This document shows, piece by piece, positions 6,537 through 17,504 of a stretch of DNA of 32,000 nucleotides. Each line of letters begins with the position of its first letter. Position 1 is the stretch's first letter. Position numbers and translations under genes: made by a program. The DNA lies in the NCBI GenBank assembly GCA_016125035.1, contig WGMN01000001.1, forward strand, positions 4,617 through 36,616, in the 5' to 3' direction. Below the pieces are notes generated by a model that was given only the letters and a program-made list of their open reading frames with translations, was not told where the DNA came from and made no database searches. Origin of the DNA: Pseudomonadota bacterium. GTDB taxonomy: Bacteria; Pseudomonadota; Alphaproteobacteria; UBA2136; UBA6156.

Positions 6537-9500
6537 TTACTGAATCTCGGGCGTCACGTCCTTGGCCAGGGCGCCGTGGCGCATGTGGCGCAGCAGGCGG
6601 CCGGTACCGGCCGGGATGAGGCGGCCGACGATGACGTTCTCCTTGAGGCCGTTGAGCCCGTCTTGCTTGCCCATGGTGGCGGCTTCGGTAAGCACGCGCG
6701 TGGTCTCCTGGAACGACGCGGCGCTGATGAAGCTGCGCGTGGTGAGCGACGCCTTGGTGATGCCCTGCAGGTGCAGTTCATATTCCGCAGGCACTTTGCC
6801 CGCCAGCACCAGTTTGGCATTCTCCTCGCGCACCTCGAACAGGTCGGCCATTTCGCCGTTGACGAAGGTGCTCTCACCCGGCTTGGTGATCATCACCTTT
6901 TGCAGCATCTGGCGGATGATCGTCTCGATGTGCTTATCGTTGATCTCCACACCTTGCAGGCGGTAGACCTCCTGGATCTGGGTGACCATGTAGTCGGCCA
7001 GCGCCTCGATGCCCTGGGCCTTGAGGATGTCGCGCGGATCGATGGCGCCTTCCACCAGCATTTCGCCGGCTTCGATGTAGTCGCCCTCGCGCACGTTGAG
7101 GTGAATGCCCTTGGGTACCAGGTACTCGCGCTGTTCTTCCTCGCCGTTATCCAGCTTGGAGTTGACCAGGATGCGGCGCTTGCCTTTCAGGTCTTTCCCG
7201 AAGGCCACGATGCCGGGGACTTCGTTGAGAATTGCCGAGTCCTTCGGTTTGCGGGCCTCGAAGAGTTCCGCCACGCGGGGCAGACCCCCGGTGATGTCCT
7301 TGGACTTCAGCGTTTCCTTGGGCATACGGGCGATGATATCGCCGGCCTGGATGGTGGCGCCGTCATCCACCGTGAGGATGGCGCCGACCGGCAGCGCATA
7401 GACCGCCTGGGAGCCGTTGGGCAAGGTGACGATCTTGCCCTTGGCATCCATGAGGATGATGGCGGGCTTCATGTCGGCGGCGCGGGCGGATTGCTTCCAA
7501 TCCAGCACCACGCGCGAGGTCATGCCCGAGGTCTCGTCGGTCTTTTCCTGCACGGTGACGCCTTCCTGCAGATCGAGGAAGTGCACCACGCCCGCCGTTT
7601 CCACGATAATGGGAACGGTGTAGGGATCCCAGTCGGCGACAGTGGCACCGGCCTTGAGCTTGGCGCCATCCTTGACCGCCAGGCGCGCGCCGTAGGGCAG
7701 CTTGAAGCTTTCGCGCTCGCGGCCCGCGTCGTCGACCAGTTTGGCCTCGGCGTTACGCGACATGACGATGGCTTCGCCTTCGCCGTTGGTGACGGTAATG
7801 ACACCTTCCAGCTTGAGCGTGCCGTCGCGGCTGACCTCGGCCTTGGATTGCACGGTACCCGCCGCCGCCGCACCACCGATGTGGAAGGTACGCATGGTGA
7901 GCTGGGTGCCGGGTTCGCCGATGGATTGCGCGGCGATGACGCCAACCGCCTCGCCGATGGTGACCGGCGTGCCGCGGGCAAGATCGCGCCCGTAGCAGGC
8001 GGCGCAGATGCCGTCGGTGTTTTCACACGTGAGCGGGCTGCGGATGGCCACGCGCTCGATGCCGGCCTTCTCGATTTGGGCCACCAGCGCTTCATCGATG
8101 ATGGTGCCGACCGGGCAGATGACGTTGCCGGTGAGCGGGTCGAGGACCTCGTGCGCGGCGGTACGGCCGAGGATACGCTGGGACAGCGGCTCGACGATGT
8201 TACCGGCCTGGGTGATGTCTTCCACCACGATGTGGCGCTCGGTGCCGCAGTCTGGCGAGGTGATGACGCAGTCTTGGGCGGCATCCACCAGGCGGCGGGT
8301 GAGGTAACCGGCGTTGGCGGTTTTAAGCGCGGTATCGGACAGCCCCTTACGCGCGCCGTGGGTGCTGATGAAGTATTGCAACACGGTGAGGCCTTCGCGG
8401 AAGTTGGCGGTAATCGGCGTTTCGATGATCTCGCCGTTCGGCTTGGCCATCAACCCGCGCATACCGGCGAGCTGGCGCATCTGCGCGGGGGAACCACGGG
8501 CGCCCGACGTGCTCATCATGTAGATGGAGTTGATGCTGGGTTGCACCTTCTCCTCCGCCGTTTTGCCCTTGCCGACGGTGATGGGCTGGTCGCCAATGGC
8601 CTTCATCATCGCGGCGGCGATGGCGTCGGAGGTGCGTTGCCAGATATCGACCACCTTGTTGTACTTTTCGCCAGAGGTGATGAGACCTTCCTGGTATTGT
8701 TGCTCGAACTTGCGGACTTCACTTTCCGCGAACTCCACCATCTTGGTTTTGTTCTCGGGGATGACCATGTCGTTCTTGCCGAACGAGATGCCGATCTTGG
8801 CGGCAAAGCGGAAGCCGAGTTGCATCAGCCTGTCGGCGAAGATGCAGGTCTCCTTCTGACCGCAGGCCAGGTAGACCTCGTGGATGAGGCGGCCCACTTC
8901 TTTTTTGGTCATGACCTTGTTGACCGCTTCGAAGCCGAGCTTGTTGCTCTCTGGCAAAATGGAGCCCAGGTAGGCGCGGCCCACCGAGGTATCGTAGGTT
9001 TTGCCGCGGTAGCGGTACTTGATGCGCGTGTGCAGGGTGACCGCCCGGTTCATCAGCGCGTGCTCGAGCTCGCCGAGGTCGGCGAACAGGGAGCCTTCGC
9101 CCGGCAGGTTGTAGCGCGCCAGGGAGATCCAGTAGAGGCCGAGAATCATATCCTGCGAGGGAACGATAACCGGTTTACCATCAGCGGGTTTGAGGATGTT
9201 GTTGGTGGACATCATCAACACGCGGGCCTCGATCTGCGCTTCCAAGCTCAGCGGCACGTGGACGGCCATTTGGTCGCCGTCGAAGTCCGCATTAAAAGCG
9301 GTACAGACCAGCGGGTGCAGTTGGATGGCCTTGCCTTCCACCAGCTTGGGCTCGAACGCCTGGATACCCAGACGGTGCAGGGTGGGCGCGCGGTTGAGCA
9401 GCACGGGGTGCTCGCGGATGACTTCTTCCAAAACGTCCCACACCACGTCTTCCTGGCGTTCCACCATTTTTTTGGCGGCCTTGATGGTGGTGGCTTCGCC

Positions 9501-10667
9501 ACGCATTTCCAGCTTGTGGTAGATGAAGGGCTTGAACAGCTCCAGCGCCATGGTTTTGGGCAGGCCGCACTGGTGCAGCATGAGATCCGGCCCCACGGTG
9601 ATGACCGAACGGCCGGAGTAGTCGACCCGTTTGCCGAGCAGGTTCTGGCGGAAGCGGCCTTGTTTGCCCTTGAGCATGTCGGCGAGCGACTTCAGCGGGC
9701 GCTTGTTGGCGCCGGTGATGACGCGGCCGCGGCGGCCATTGTCGAACAGGGCATCCACGGATTCTTGCAGCATGCGCTTTTCGTTGCGCACGATGATCTC
9801 CGGCGCGCGCAGTTCGATGAGGCGCTTCAAGCGGTTGTTGCGGTTGACCACGCGGCGGTAGAGATCATTCAGGTCCGACGTGGCGAAGCGGCCGCCGTCG
9901 AGCGGGACCAGCGGGCGCAGTTCCGGCGGCAGCACCGGGACGACGTCCATGATCATCCACTCCGGCTTGTTGCCGGAATCCAGGAACGCATTGACCATTT
10001 TGAGGCGCTTGACGATCTTGCGGCGGCGCAGGTCTGACACATCCTCGGTCAGGTCGGCGGAGAGCTCGGCCTGCAGCTTGGGCAAATCCAGCGAGCGCAG
10101 GATGTTGCGCAGGGCTTCGGCGCCGATCTGTGCGGTGAAGCTGTCTTCGCCGAATTCTTCCACCGCCTGGTAGTACTCTTCCTCATTGATGAGCTGGCCC
10201 TGGGTGAGCGTGGTCATGCCGGCATCCACCACCACCCATTTCTCGAAGTAGAGGATGGCCTCGAGGTCTTTCAGCGTCATTTCCAGAAGAGCGGCCATGC
10301 GCGACGGCAGCAGCTTGAGGAACCAGATGTGCGCGACGGGCGCGGCGAGCTCGATGTGGCCCATGCGCTCACGGCGCACTTTGGATTCAATGACTTCCAC
10401 GCCGCACTTTTCGCACACGATACCGCGGTGCTTCATGCGCTTATATTTGCCGCACAAGCATTCGTAATCCTTAACAGGGCCGAAGATGCGGGCGCAGAAG
10501 AGCCCGCCGTGCTCTGGCTTGAAGGTGCGGTAGTTGATGGTCTCCGGCTTTTTCACTTCGCCGAAGGACTGGGCACGGATTTGTTCCGGGCTGCACAGCG
10601 AGATGCGGATGGCATCGAACTGCTTGGCCACGGGCTGTTGCTGGAACATGTTCATTAAGTTGTTCAT
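6537..10667 (-). CDS. rpoC: DNA-directed RNA polymerase subunit beta'
   Basis: 1376 aa with zinc-binding [23 protein letters not shown], catalytic [12 protein letters not shown], and bridge-helix/trigger-loop regions. AAGGAA SD lies upstream, 15 nt after the rpoB stop. Confidence 0.99.
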   Translation of the reverse strand: MNNLMNMFQQQPVAKQFDAIRISLCSPEQIRAQSFGEVKKPETINYRTFKPEHGGLFCARIFGPVKDYECLCGKYKRMKHRGIVCEKCGVEVIESKVRRERMGHIELAAPVAHIWFLKLLPSRMAALLEMTLKDLEAILYFEKWVVVDAGMTTLTQGQLINEEEYYQAVEEFGEDSFTAQIGAEALRNILRSLDLPKLQAELSADLTEDVSDLRRRKIVKRLKMVNAFLDSGNKPEWMIMDVVPVLPPELRPLVPLDGGRFATSDLNDLYRRVVNRNNRLKRLIELRAPEIIVRNEKRMLQESVDALFDNGRRGRVITGANKRPLKSLADMLKGKQGRFRQNLLGKRVDYSGRSVITVGPDLMLHQCGLPKTMALELFKPFIYHKLEMRGEATTIKAAKKMVERQEDVVWDVLEEVIREHPVLLNRAPTLHRLGIQAFEPKLVEGKAIQLHPLVCTAFNADFDGDQMAVHVPLSLEAQIEARVLMMSTNNILKPADGKPVIVPSQDMILGLYWISLARYNLPGEGSLFADLGELEHALMNRAVTLHTRIKYRYRGKTYDTSVGRAYLGSILPESNKLGFEAVNKVMTKKEVGRLIHEVYLACGQKETCIFADRLMQLGFRFAAKIGISFGKNDMVIPENKTKMVEFAESEVRKFEQQYQEGLITSGEKYNKVVDIWQRTSDAIAAAMMKAIGDQPITVGKGKTAEEKVQPSINSIYMMSTSGARGSPAQMRQLAGMRGLMAKPNGEIIETPITANFREGLTVLQYFISTHGARKGLSDTALKTANAGYLTRRLVDAAQDCVITSPDCGTERHIVVEDITQAGNIVEPLSQRILGRTAAHEVLDPLTGNVICPVGTIIDEALVAQIEKAGIERVAIRSPLTCENTDGICAACYGRDLARGTPVTIGEAVGVIAAQSIGEPGTQLTMRTFHIGGAAAAGTVQSKAEVSRDGTLKLEGVITVTNGEGEAIVMSRNAEAKLVDDAGRERESFKLPYGARLAVKDGAKLKAGATVADWDPYTVPIIVETAGVVHFLDLQEGVTVQEKTDETSGMTSRVVLDWKQSARAADMKPAIILMDAKGKIVTLPNGSQAVYALPVGAILTVDDGATIQAGDIIARMPKETLKSKDITGGLPRVAELFEARKPKDSAILNEVPGIVAFGKDLKGKRRILVNSKLDNGEEEQREYLVPKGIHLNVREGDYIEAGEMLVEGAIDPRDILKAQGIEALADYMVTQIQEVYRLQGVEINDKHIETIIRQMLQKVMITKPGESTFVNGEMADLFEVREENAKLVLAGKVPAEYELHLQGITKASLTTRSFISAASFQETTRVLTEAATMGKQDGLNGLKENVIVGRLIPAGTGRLLRHMRHGALAKDVTPEIQ

Positions 10668-10682
10668 GGTGCGTTCCTTACC

Positions 10683-13600
10683 TTAGGCGTTGAAGTCTTC
10701 AGTGATGCGGTGCAGGCCGGGGCGCGAGCGGCGCGGGCCGCCTTGCGCCTGGGCTTGCTGCTCCAGCAGACTGGGCTGGCGACCGATATCGGTGCGGAGA
10801 TCGGGGCCTTCGCCGGTTTCCACCAGGTCGACGTTCAGGCCCAGGGATTGGATTTCCTTGACCAGCACGTTGAACGACTCGGGGATACCCGCCTCGAAGT
10901 TGCTTTCCCCACGCACGATGGCTTCGTACGTTTTGGTACGGCCGGAGACGTCATCTGACTTGATGGTGAGCATTTCCTGCAGGGTGTAGGAGGCGCCATA
11001 GGCTTGCAGCGCCCACACTTCCATTTCCCCAAAGCGTTGGCCACCGAACTGGGCCTTACCGCCGAGCGGCTGCTGGGTGACCAGCGAGTACGGCCCGATG
11101 GAACGCGCGTGGATCTTCTCATCCACCAGGTGGTGCAGCTTGAGCATATACATGATGCCGACCGTGCTCTTCTGCTCGTACGGGTCGCCGGTGCGGCCGT
11201 CGAACAGCTGGGTTTTGCCGGACTCATCGCAGCCGGCCACCTTGAGCAGGCCGGTGATGGCGTCTTCAGGCGCGCCGTCGAACACCGGGCAGGCCACTGG
11301 CAGGCCGCGGCTGAGGTGCCCGGCCATTTCGACGATTTCGGCGTCCGACAGGTCTTTGAGCGAGCTGACGGTGCCTTTGTCTTCATACAGGCTTTCCATG
11401 TACTTGCGCAGGGCCTTGGTATCCGGCTTTTTGCCGCCGGCCTTGGCCTCGGCCAGAAGCTCCGCCACCTTGCGGCCGATGCCGTAAGCGGCCCAGCCCA
11501 GGTGGGTTTCCAGGATTTGGCCGACGTTCATCCGGCTGGGCACGCCCAGCGGGTTGAGCACCATATCCACCGGACGGCCGTCTTCCAGGAAGGGCATGTC
11601 CTCCAGCGGGTTAACCTTGGAGATGACCCCCTTGTTACCGTGGCGGCCGGCCATTTTATCACCCGGCTGCAGCTTGCGCTTAACGGCGACGAAGACCTTG
11701 ACCATTTTGAGCACGCCCGGGGGCAACTCATCGGCTTGGCGGATCTTGGCCGTTTTTTCATCAAACCGCTTCTTCAGCGCGGTGAGCGATTTATCCAGCG
11801 CGGCGCGCAGGGTTTCGATGTCGCGTTGGGCTTTGTCGCCAGCCACGGAGATGGACCACCATTCGGTCGGCTTCATCTCGTCGAGCACGTCGGCGGTGAT
11901 CTCTTTGCCTTTGGCGAGTTTGCCGGACTTGGCGGCGGTTTTCTCCTTGATGAGGAGCTTGCGCAGGCGGTCGTAGGCGTCGGCCTCGATGATGCGGCGC
12001 TCGTCCTCGATGTCCTTGGTGAGGCGGGCGACTTCGGCGGATTCGATCTCGAGCGTGCGGGTGTCTTTTTCAGCGCCGCGGCGGTTGAAGATCTTGACGC
12101 CGACCACGGTGCCGTTGACGCCCGGCGGCAGGCGCAGGGAGGTATCACGCACATCGGCGGCCTTCTCGCCGAAAATGGCGCGCAGGAGTTTTTCTTCCGG
12201 GGTCATCGGGCTCTCACCCTTGGGGGTGATCTTGCCGACCAGGATATCGCCGGCCTTGACCTCGGCGCCCACGGCGATGATGCCGGCTTCGTCGATGCTG
12301 CGCAGGCCTTCTTCGCCGACGTTGGGGATATCGCGGGTGATCTCCTCGCTACCCAGTTTGGTATCACGCGCCATCACCTCGAATTCATCGATGTGGATGG
12401 AGGTGAAGATATCCTCGCGCACGATGCGCTCGGAGATGAGGATACTATCTTCGAAGTTATAGCCGTTCCAGGGCATGAAGGCGACCACCACGTTGCGGCC
12501 CAAGGCGAGTTCGCCGAGCTCGGTGGACGGGCCGTCGGCGATGACGTCTCCCGCTTTGACCGTATCGCCGATGCGCACCAGGGTTTTCTGGTTCAAGCAG
12601 CTGCTCTGGTTGGAGCGTTGGAACTTGGTGAGGCGGTAGATATCCACGCCCGATTGGCCGGATTGCACGCCGGAGGTGGCACGCACCACGATGCGCGAGC
12701 CGTCGACGCTTTCCACCACCCCATTGCGGCGGGCGACGGTGGTAATGCCGGAATCACGCGCCACGGTGGCTTCCATGCCGGTACCCACCAGCGGGGCATC
12801 GGTGCGGATGAGCGGCACCGCCTGGCGTTGCATGTTGGAACCCATCAAAGCGCGGTTGGCGTCGTCGTGCTCCAGGAACGGAATGAGCGCCGCGGCGATG
12901 GACACCACCTGTTTGGGCGAGACGTCCATGTAGGTGACTTCCGAGCTGGGCATCAGCAGGGTTTCGCCCTGTTTGCGGCATTCCACGAAGTCGTCCTTCA
13001 GCGTGGATTTTTCGGTCAGTTCGGTGTTGGCCTGGGCGATGGTTTCGCGGCCTTCCTCGATGGCGGACATGTAGACCACTTTATCGGTGACCTTGCCGTT
13101 TTCCACCTTGCGGTACGGGGTTTCAATAAACCCATACTTGTTGATGCGGGCGTAGGTGGCCAGGCTGTTGATAAGACCGATGTTCGGGCCTTCAGGCGTT
13201 TCGATCGGGCAGATGCGGCCGTAGTGCGTGGTGTGCACGTCGCGCACTTCAAAGCCCGCGCGCTCACGCGTGAGACCGCCGGGCCCCAGGGCGGAGAGGC
13301 GGCGCTTGTGCGTGACTTCCGACAGAGGGTTGGTCTGGTCCATGAACTGGGACAGTTGCGAGGAGGCAAAGAACTCACGCAGCGCGGCAGACAAGGGGCG
13401 GCTGTTGATGAGGTCATTGGGCATCATGTCGCCGATTTCGGTGGAGCCCATGCGCTCTTTGACCGAGCGCTCCATGCGCAGCAGGCCGATGCGGACCTGG
13501 TTTTCCATCAGCTCGCCCACCAGGCGCACGCGGCGGTTGCCCAGGTGGTCGATGTCATCGACCGGCTCGAAGCCGTCGCGGATGCGGTGCAGCGCGCGCA

Positions 13601-15077
13601 GGGTTTCTACAAAGTCTTCGCGTTGCAGGATGCGTTGGTCATCCGGCGACTTCAGGCCCAGGCGGGCGTTGAGCTTCATCCGGCCCACGGCGGAGAGATC
13701 GAACTTATCGGTATCGAAGAACAGGCCGTTGAACAGCTTGGTGGAGGTTTCCACCGTCGGCGGTTCGCCGGGGCGCATGACCTTATAGATCTCCACCAGC
13801 GCTTCTTCAGGGCTGTTGGTTTTATCCACCTGCAGGGTGTTGCGGACGTAGGCGCCGACGTTGAGGTGATCGACCTTGAGGATCTTGAACTCCTTCATGC
13901 CGAGCTTTTCCACCGCGGCGAGCACTTCGTCGGAGACTTCGGTACCTGCCTCGAACAGCACCTCGCCGGTTTCCTTATCCACCAGGCTTGTGGCGAGGAA
14001 GCGGCCCTTGAGATCTTCGTTGGTTTGGGCCACCCATTTGACGCCGGCTTCCTGCGCCTGGCGGATCTGGCGGCGGGTGGGCTTTTTGCCGGCTTCGGCG
14101 ATGACCTTGCCTTTATCGGCATCGACCAGGTCGGCGGCCAGTTTGACGCCTTCATAGAACATCGGCTCGAAGGCCAAGGCGTAGGTGCCGGTGAGTTCCA
14201 CCGCCACGGGCACGGCCTTTTTGGCCTTGACCGACTTGGTCTTGGTAACTTTGGCGGGCTTCTCGGCCTTGGCTTCTTTGCCCTTAGTGGCCTTCTTGGC
14301 CTTTTTGGGGGCTTCTTCTTCCGCTACCGGCTCTTCCTTCTTCGGCTTGGCCTTGCCCGGAGTGACGCGGACGGAGACTTTGTCGTAGTAGGTATCGATA
14401 ATTTCCTGCGTGGAGAGGCCCAGCGCGCGCAGCAGCACGGTGGCCGGCAGTTTGCGCTTGCGATCGATGCGCACGTAGATGTTGTCTTTGTGGTCGAATT
14501 CGAAATCCAGCCAGGAGCCGCGGATGGGAATGACCCGCGCGGTGTAGAGCAGTTTGCCGCTGCTGTGGGTGGTGCCGTCATCGTGGCTGAAGAACACGCC
14601 CGGGGAGCGCTGCATTTGCGAAACCACCACGCGCTCTGTACCATTCACGATGAAGGTGCCGTTGGAAGTCATCAAAGGCACGTCGGCCAGGTAGACCTCT
14701 TGCTCTTTGATATCCTTGACCGAGCGGGCGCCGGTGGCGTGGTCGACATCCCAGATGGTGAGGCGCAGGGTGACGCGGCAGGGCGCGGCGAAGGTGAGGT
14801 CGCGCGTGCGGCATTCGTCGATATCGTACTTGGGCTCTTCCAGGCGGTAGCCGAGGTAGTCGAGTTCGGCGATGCCGGCGTTGTCCTTCATCGGGAAGAT
14901 GGAGTTGAACGCGCCGTCGAGCGTGTAGAAGGTGGTTTTGCTGGTCTTCTTCTCTTGCAGGAAGAGATCGTAAGAAGCTTGCTGCATTTCCAGCAGGTTG
15001 GGGATGGACGCCACGCTGGCCAGGCGGCCAAAATTTTTGCGAATGCGCTTGCGCTCGGTGAAAGACAGGTTGGACAT
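10683..15077 (-). CDS. rpoB: DNA-directed RNA polymerase subunit beta (with Lys/Ala-rich insertion at aa ~240-290)
   Basis: 1464 aa starting [17 protein letters not shown]. It contains conserved blocks ([29 protein letters not shown]). SD AAGGGGAG lies 8 nt before the ATG. Confidence 0.99.
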   Translation of the reverse strand: MSNLSFTERKRIRKNFGRLASVASIPNLLEMQQASYDLFLQEKKTSKTTFYTLDGAFNSIFPMKDNAGIAELDYLGYRLEEPKYDIDECRTRDLTFAAPCRVTLRLTIWDVDHATGARSVKDIKEQEVYLADVPLMTSNGTFIVNGTERVVVSQMQRSPGVFFSHDDGTTHSSGKLLYTARVIPIRGSWLDFEFDHKDNIYVRIDRKRKLPATVLLRALGLSTQEIIDTYYDKVSVRVTPGKAKPKKEEPVAEEEAPKKAKKATKGKEAKAEKPAKVTKTKSVKAKKAVPVAVELTGTYALAFEPMFYEGVKLAADLVDADKGKVIAEAGKKPTRRQIRQAQEAGVKWVAQTNEDLKGRFLATSLVDKETGEVLFEAGTEVSDEVLAAVEKLGMKEFKILKVDHLNVGAYVRNTLQVDKTNSPEEALVEIYKVMRPGEPPTVETSTKLFNGLFFDTDKFDLSAVGRMKLNARLGLKSPDDQRILQREDFVETLRALHRIRDGFEPVDDIDHLGNRRVRLVGELMENQVRIGLLRMERSVKERMGSTEIGDMMPNDLINSRPLSAALREFFASSQLSQFMDQTNPLSEVTHKRRLSALGPGGLTRERAGFEVRDVHTTHYGRICPIETPEGPNIGLINSLATYARINKYGFIETPYRKVENGKVTDKVVYMSAIEEGRETIAQANTELTEKSTLKDDFVECRKQGETLLMPSSEVTYMDVSPKQVVSIAAALIPFLEHDDANRALMGSNMQRQAVPLIRTDAPLVGTGMEATVARDSGITTVARRNGVVESVDGSRIVVRATSGVQSGQSGVDIYRLTKFQRSNQSSCLNQKTLVRIGDTVKAGDVIADGPSTELGELALGRNVVVAFMPWNGYNFEDSILISERIVREDIFTSIHIDEFEVMARDTKLGSEEITRDIPNVGEEGLRSIDEAGIIAVGAEVKAGDILVGKITPKGESPMTPEEKLLRAIFGEKAADVRDTSLRLPPGVNGTVVGVKIFNRRGAEKDTRTLEIESAEVARLTKDIEDERRIIEADAYDRLRKLLIKEKTAAKSGKLAKGKEITADVLDEMKPTEWWSISVAGDKAQRDIETLRAALDKSLTALKKRFDEKTAKIRQADELPPGVLKMVKVFVAVKRKLQPGDKMAGRHGNKGVISKVNPLEDMPFLEDGRPVDMVLNPLGVPSRMNVGQILETHLGWAAYGIGRKVAELLAEAKAGGKKPDTKALRKYMESLYEDKGTVSSLKDLSDAEIVEMAGHLSRGLPVACPVFDGAPEDAITGLLKVAGCDESGKTQLFDGRTGDPYEQKSTVGIMYMLKLHHLVDEKIHARSIGPYSLVTQQPLGGKAQFGGQRFGEMEVWALQAYGASYTLQEMLTIKSDDVSGRTKTYEAIVRGESNFEAGIPESFNVLVKEIQSLGLNVDLVETGEGPDLRTDIGRQPSLLEQQAQAQGGPRRSRPGLHRITEDFNA

Positions 15078-15193
15078 GCCGGGGGCTCCCCTTGGTTTTA
15101 CCTATTTATTCAAAAACTTGGGGCTTGCCGCTGAAATCCGGCGAGCAGGGCATGGTGAACATGCGGCCCACCGCTGATGCGGAGGGATGGGGG

Positions 15194-15222
15194 CTTATAC
15201 GGGGGGATGGGGGGAGTGTCAA
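15194..15222 (-). promoter_or_regulatory. Predicted sigma70-type promoter dedicated to rpoBC
   Basis: Minus strand: TTGACA (15222-15217), spacer CTCCCCCCATCCCCCCG (17 nt), TATAAG (15199-15194). It lies about 115 nt upstream of the rpoB ATG. Confidence 0.55.
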
Positions 15223-15398
15223 GGGGTGGAGGGGTTTGGTAAGCGGGGGGTTGGGAGGGGCATCGTCGGAGGGAGGATTTTCCCGCATTGTTTTTTTATA
15301 CACCGCGCACCTAGTAATGGGGTTAAGGCTTTGTTTGTGCCGAAACAGATCCCCGGTTCGGGGGGATTCCTTTTTACTTCCAGACTCTTGGGGGAGGT

Positions 15399-15941
15399 AT
15401 GTACCTTGCACCGGAGAAATACCCTTTTGTGACCGATTTAGCGACCCTGCGCATACCGAGTGAAGAGGTTGACCCTTGCGACCCGGCGACGCTGGAGCTG
15501 GCCACGGAGATGTTTGTGACCATGGGCCAGTTAGGCGTTGGGTTGGCCGCTATCCAGCTGGGGGTGCCCAAGCGGGTGGTGGTTATCCACCCCTGCAAGA
15601 TCTACACCCCCACGCCGGTGGAGAATGAGACCTTCTTCATGGCCAACCCGGAGTTGCTTGAGGTTTCCAAGGAGACCTCGGTGGCAGTGGAGAGCTGCCT
15701 TTCCATCCTTGCCTTGCCGCAAGACACCGATACCCTGGCCCCGCCCCTGCTGAAGGTGGAGGTGGAGCGCCCGGTGTGGGCGGTGGTGCGCTTTTTTGAC
15801 CTGCGCGCACAAGAGGTGAGGACCCTGAAGAGGGAAGGCTTTGACGCGCGGGTGCTGCAGCATGAGATCGATCACATCATCAAGCCGCCGAAGTTGATCA
15901 TTGACTACCTGCCGGGGCGGAAGTTGGCTGCGGCGGGGTGA
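15399..15941 (+). CDS. def: Peptide deformylase-like protein (divergent paralog)
   Basis: 180 aa with the three PDF motifs: GVGLAAIQ (motif 1), ESCLS (variant of EGCLS, motif 2) and QHEIDH (HEXXH, motif 3). The SD GGGGAGG sits only 1 nt before the ATG. Confidence 0.8.
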   Translation: MYLAPEKYPFVTDLATLRIPSEEVDPCDPATLELATEMFVTMGQLGVGLAAIQLGVPKRVVVIHPCKIYTPTPVENETFFMANPELLEVSKETSVAVESCLSILALPQDTDTLAPPLLKVEVERPVWAVVRFFDLRAQEVRTLKREGFDARVLQHEIDHIIKPPKLIIDYLPGRKLAAAG

Positions 15942-15956
15942 AGACACGAAACAGCG

Positions 15957-15981
15957 AAGGGGCCGGCAAAACCGGCCCCTT
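15957..15981. terminator. Bidirectional terminator between the def-like gene and rplL
   Basis: AAGGGGCCGG-caaaa-CCGGCCCCTT, a perfect 10-bp stem between convergent stops at 15941 and 16014. Confidence 0.6.
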
Positions 15982-16013
15982 TCACGCAGGTTGGAAGACC
16001 TGAAGAAGAGGAA

Positions 16014-16382
16014 CTATTTGAGTTCCACTTTGGCGCCGGCGGCTTCCAGCTTCTTCTTCATTTCTTCGGCGTCTTTCTTGGCAACGCCTTCCTTGACCAC
16101 TTGCGGGGCGCCTTCGACCAGGTCTTTGGCTTCCTTCAGGCCCAGGCCGGTGATCTCGCGCACCGCTTTGATCACTTCGATCTTCTTGTCGCCGGAGGCG
16201 GCCAGGTGCACGGTGAACTCGGTTTGCGCGTCGGCGGCGGGGCCGGCAGCGGCGGCGGCGGCGGCCACAGGCGCGGCGGCGGACACGCCCCAGGTTTCTT
16301 CGAGCATTTTGGACAGTTCAGCAGCTTCCATCACGGTGAGCTTGCTGAGGGTATCGACGATGGCTTGCAGATTGGTAGACAT
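16014..16382 (-). CDS. rplL: 50S ribosomal protein L7/L12
   Basis: 122 aa with canonical [22 protein letters not shown]...Ala-rich hinge...[24 protein letters not shown]. Confidence 0.97.
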   Translation of the reverse strand: MSTNLQAIVDTLSKLTVMEAAELSKMLEETWGVSAAAPVAAAAAAAGPAADAQTEFTVHLAASGDKKIEVIKAVREITGLGLKEAKDLVEGAPQVVKEGVAKKDAEEMKKKLEAAGAKVELK

Positions 16383-16405
16383 GGTGTTTATCCTTTGATT
16401 TCAGG

Positions 16406-17014
16406 TTAGTTGGATTGGGGTTCGGCAGCAGGAGCCTCGGCGGGAGCCGGAGCAGCTTCGGCCGGGGCCGGGGCAGCTTGCTCGGCGGGCTTGGCTTCTT
16501 CAGCCGGGGCCGCAGCTTCGGCCGGGGCGGACGCGCCGCCCTTGTCGGCATAGGCCTTGGTGACCCGCGCCAATTGGGCGCCGGGAGCCTGCAACAGGCC
16601 GACCAGCTTGCCGCGCAGCTCATTAAGCGTGGGCAGGTTGCTGAGCGACTTGACGTCGGCCGCGGTGAGCATCTTGCCGTTCATGATGCCGCCGAGGATG
16701 GCGAGTTTGTTGTCGTTGGCCTCGGAGAACTTCTGGCTGATGCGGGACGGGGCGATATCGTCGGCGCTGAAGGTAAGGATGGTGGGGCCGGTGAGCAGCT
16801 CGGTCACGCCTTCAAACGGCGTGCCCTTGATGGCCAGCTTGGCCAGGCGGTTTTTGGCCACCTGCACCTCACCACCGGCGGCGCGCATGGCGCGGCGCAG
16901 CTGGGTGAGTTCCTTCACATTCAGGCCGCGGTAGTGCGCCACGACCAGCGACTGCGCCTTGGACAGACGCGAAGAGAGGTCTGCCACGAACGCGGTTTTT
17001 TGGGTGCGATCCAT
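16406..17014 (-). CDS. rplJ: 50S ribosomal protein L10 with Ala/Pro/Glu-rich C-terminal extension
   Basis: 202 aa with L10 core (VVAHYRGLNVKELTQLRRAMRAAGGEVQVAKNRLAKLA). The tail is APAEAAAPAEEAKPAEQAAPAPAEAAPAPAEAPAAEPQSN. Confidence 0.95.
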   Translation of the reverse strand: MDRTQKTAFVADLSSRLSKAQSLVVAHYRGLNVKELTQLRRAMRAAGGEVQVAKNRLAKLAIKGTPFEGVTELLTGPTILTFSADDIAPSRISQKFSEANDNKLAILGGIMNGKMLTAADVKSLSNLPTLNELRGKLVGLLQAPGAQLARVTKAYADKGGASAPAEAAAPAEEAKPAEQAAPAPAEAAPAPAEAPAAEPQSN

Positions 17015-17197
17015 TGCGGTGTATGCTTACGGTTGTATTGGGTTGCCCCCCGGCCCTGTTGCCGGTTGGCGCCTGGAAAACTTTGGAAAATCTGCACGTT
17101 GGCAGATGGGAACTTACGTTCTTACCTTTCCTCGGCCAGAGATTAAGGGGTTGGGTTTTACACCCGGCCCCGCTGGCTGTCTTCAGTCGGCAGGGGG

Positions 17198-17226
17198 CTT
17201 TTAGCGGGGAGAGCGGGGGATGGCAA
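17198..17226 (-). promoter_or_regulatory. Predicted sigma70-type promoter of rplJL
   Basis: Minus strand: TTGCCA (17226-17221), spacer TCCCCCGCTCTCCCCGC (17 nt), TAAAAG (17203-17198). This leaves a leader of about 175 nt before rplJ, consistent with an L10-leader-type UTR. Confidence 0.5.
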
Positions 17227-17228
17227 GC

Positions 17229-17263
17229 AAAAAGTGAAGGCCCCCGCTGTGGCGGGAGCCTTC
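17229..17263 (-). terminator. Intrinsic terminator downstream of the small ORF at 17289-17504
   Basis: The minus strand reads GAAGGCTCCCGC-caca-GCGGGGGCCTTC followed by ACTTTTTGC. Confidence 0.6.
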
Positions 17264-17288
17264 GGGGGTGGGGGCCCGGGGGGCCTTG

Positions 17289-17504
17289 TTAGCTCGCCCA
17301 CAACCACACCACCAACATTATCACCAGAACGGTGATGGCAAGGGCTGTCGGGTTTTGGGCGATAGCCGTCAGCATGCCGACCAACATGGAGAAGAATTGG
17401 AGGGCAATGCAAAACAAGATGATACAGAGAATTTCGATGAAGACACATCCCTCCTCTAGGTAAGAGCTGAAGATGGGGCTTGCTGGCATTAGATGTGGGC
17501 CCAA
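17289..17504 (-). CDS. Candidate small membrane protein (up to 71 aa; start uncertain)
   Basis: The hydrophobic product ...CVFIEILCIILFCIALQFFSMLVGMLTAIAQNPTALAITVLVIMLVVWLWAS has two TM-like segments. It is lower in GC than its neighbours. It is bracketed by terminators at 17532-17558 (upstream, ending rplKA) and 17229-17263 (downstream). No convincing SD exists for any in-frame start. Confidence 0.35.
   Translation of the reverse strand: MGPHLMPASPIFSSYLEEGCVFIEILCIILFCIALQFFSMLVGMLTAIAQNPTALAITVLVIMLVVWLWAS

Noticed and set aside
11004-15134. 1376-aa plus-strand ORF antisense to rpoB. Similar long antisense ORFs occur at 6576-10037 (antisense rpoC), 517-2103 (antisense rplB/rplW/rpsS), 17473-18816 (antisense rplA/rplK), 19244-20587 and 18537-19490 (antisense to the Wzz-like gene), and 29169-30722 (antisense to the EAL gene).
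   Set aside because: These are typical stop-codon-poor antisense frames of GC-rich genes. Their products are Gly/Ala/Asp/His/Arg-rich low-complexity sequences with no recognisable motifs. The opposite strand encodes unmistakable conserved proteins.
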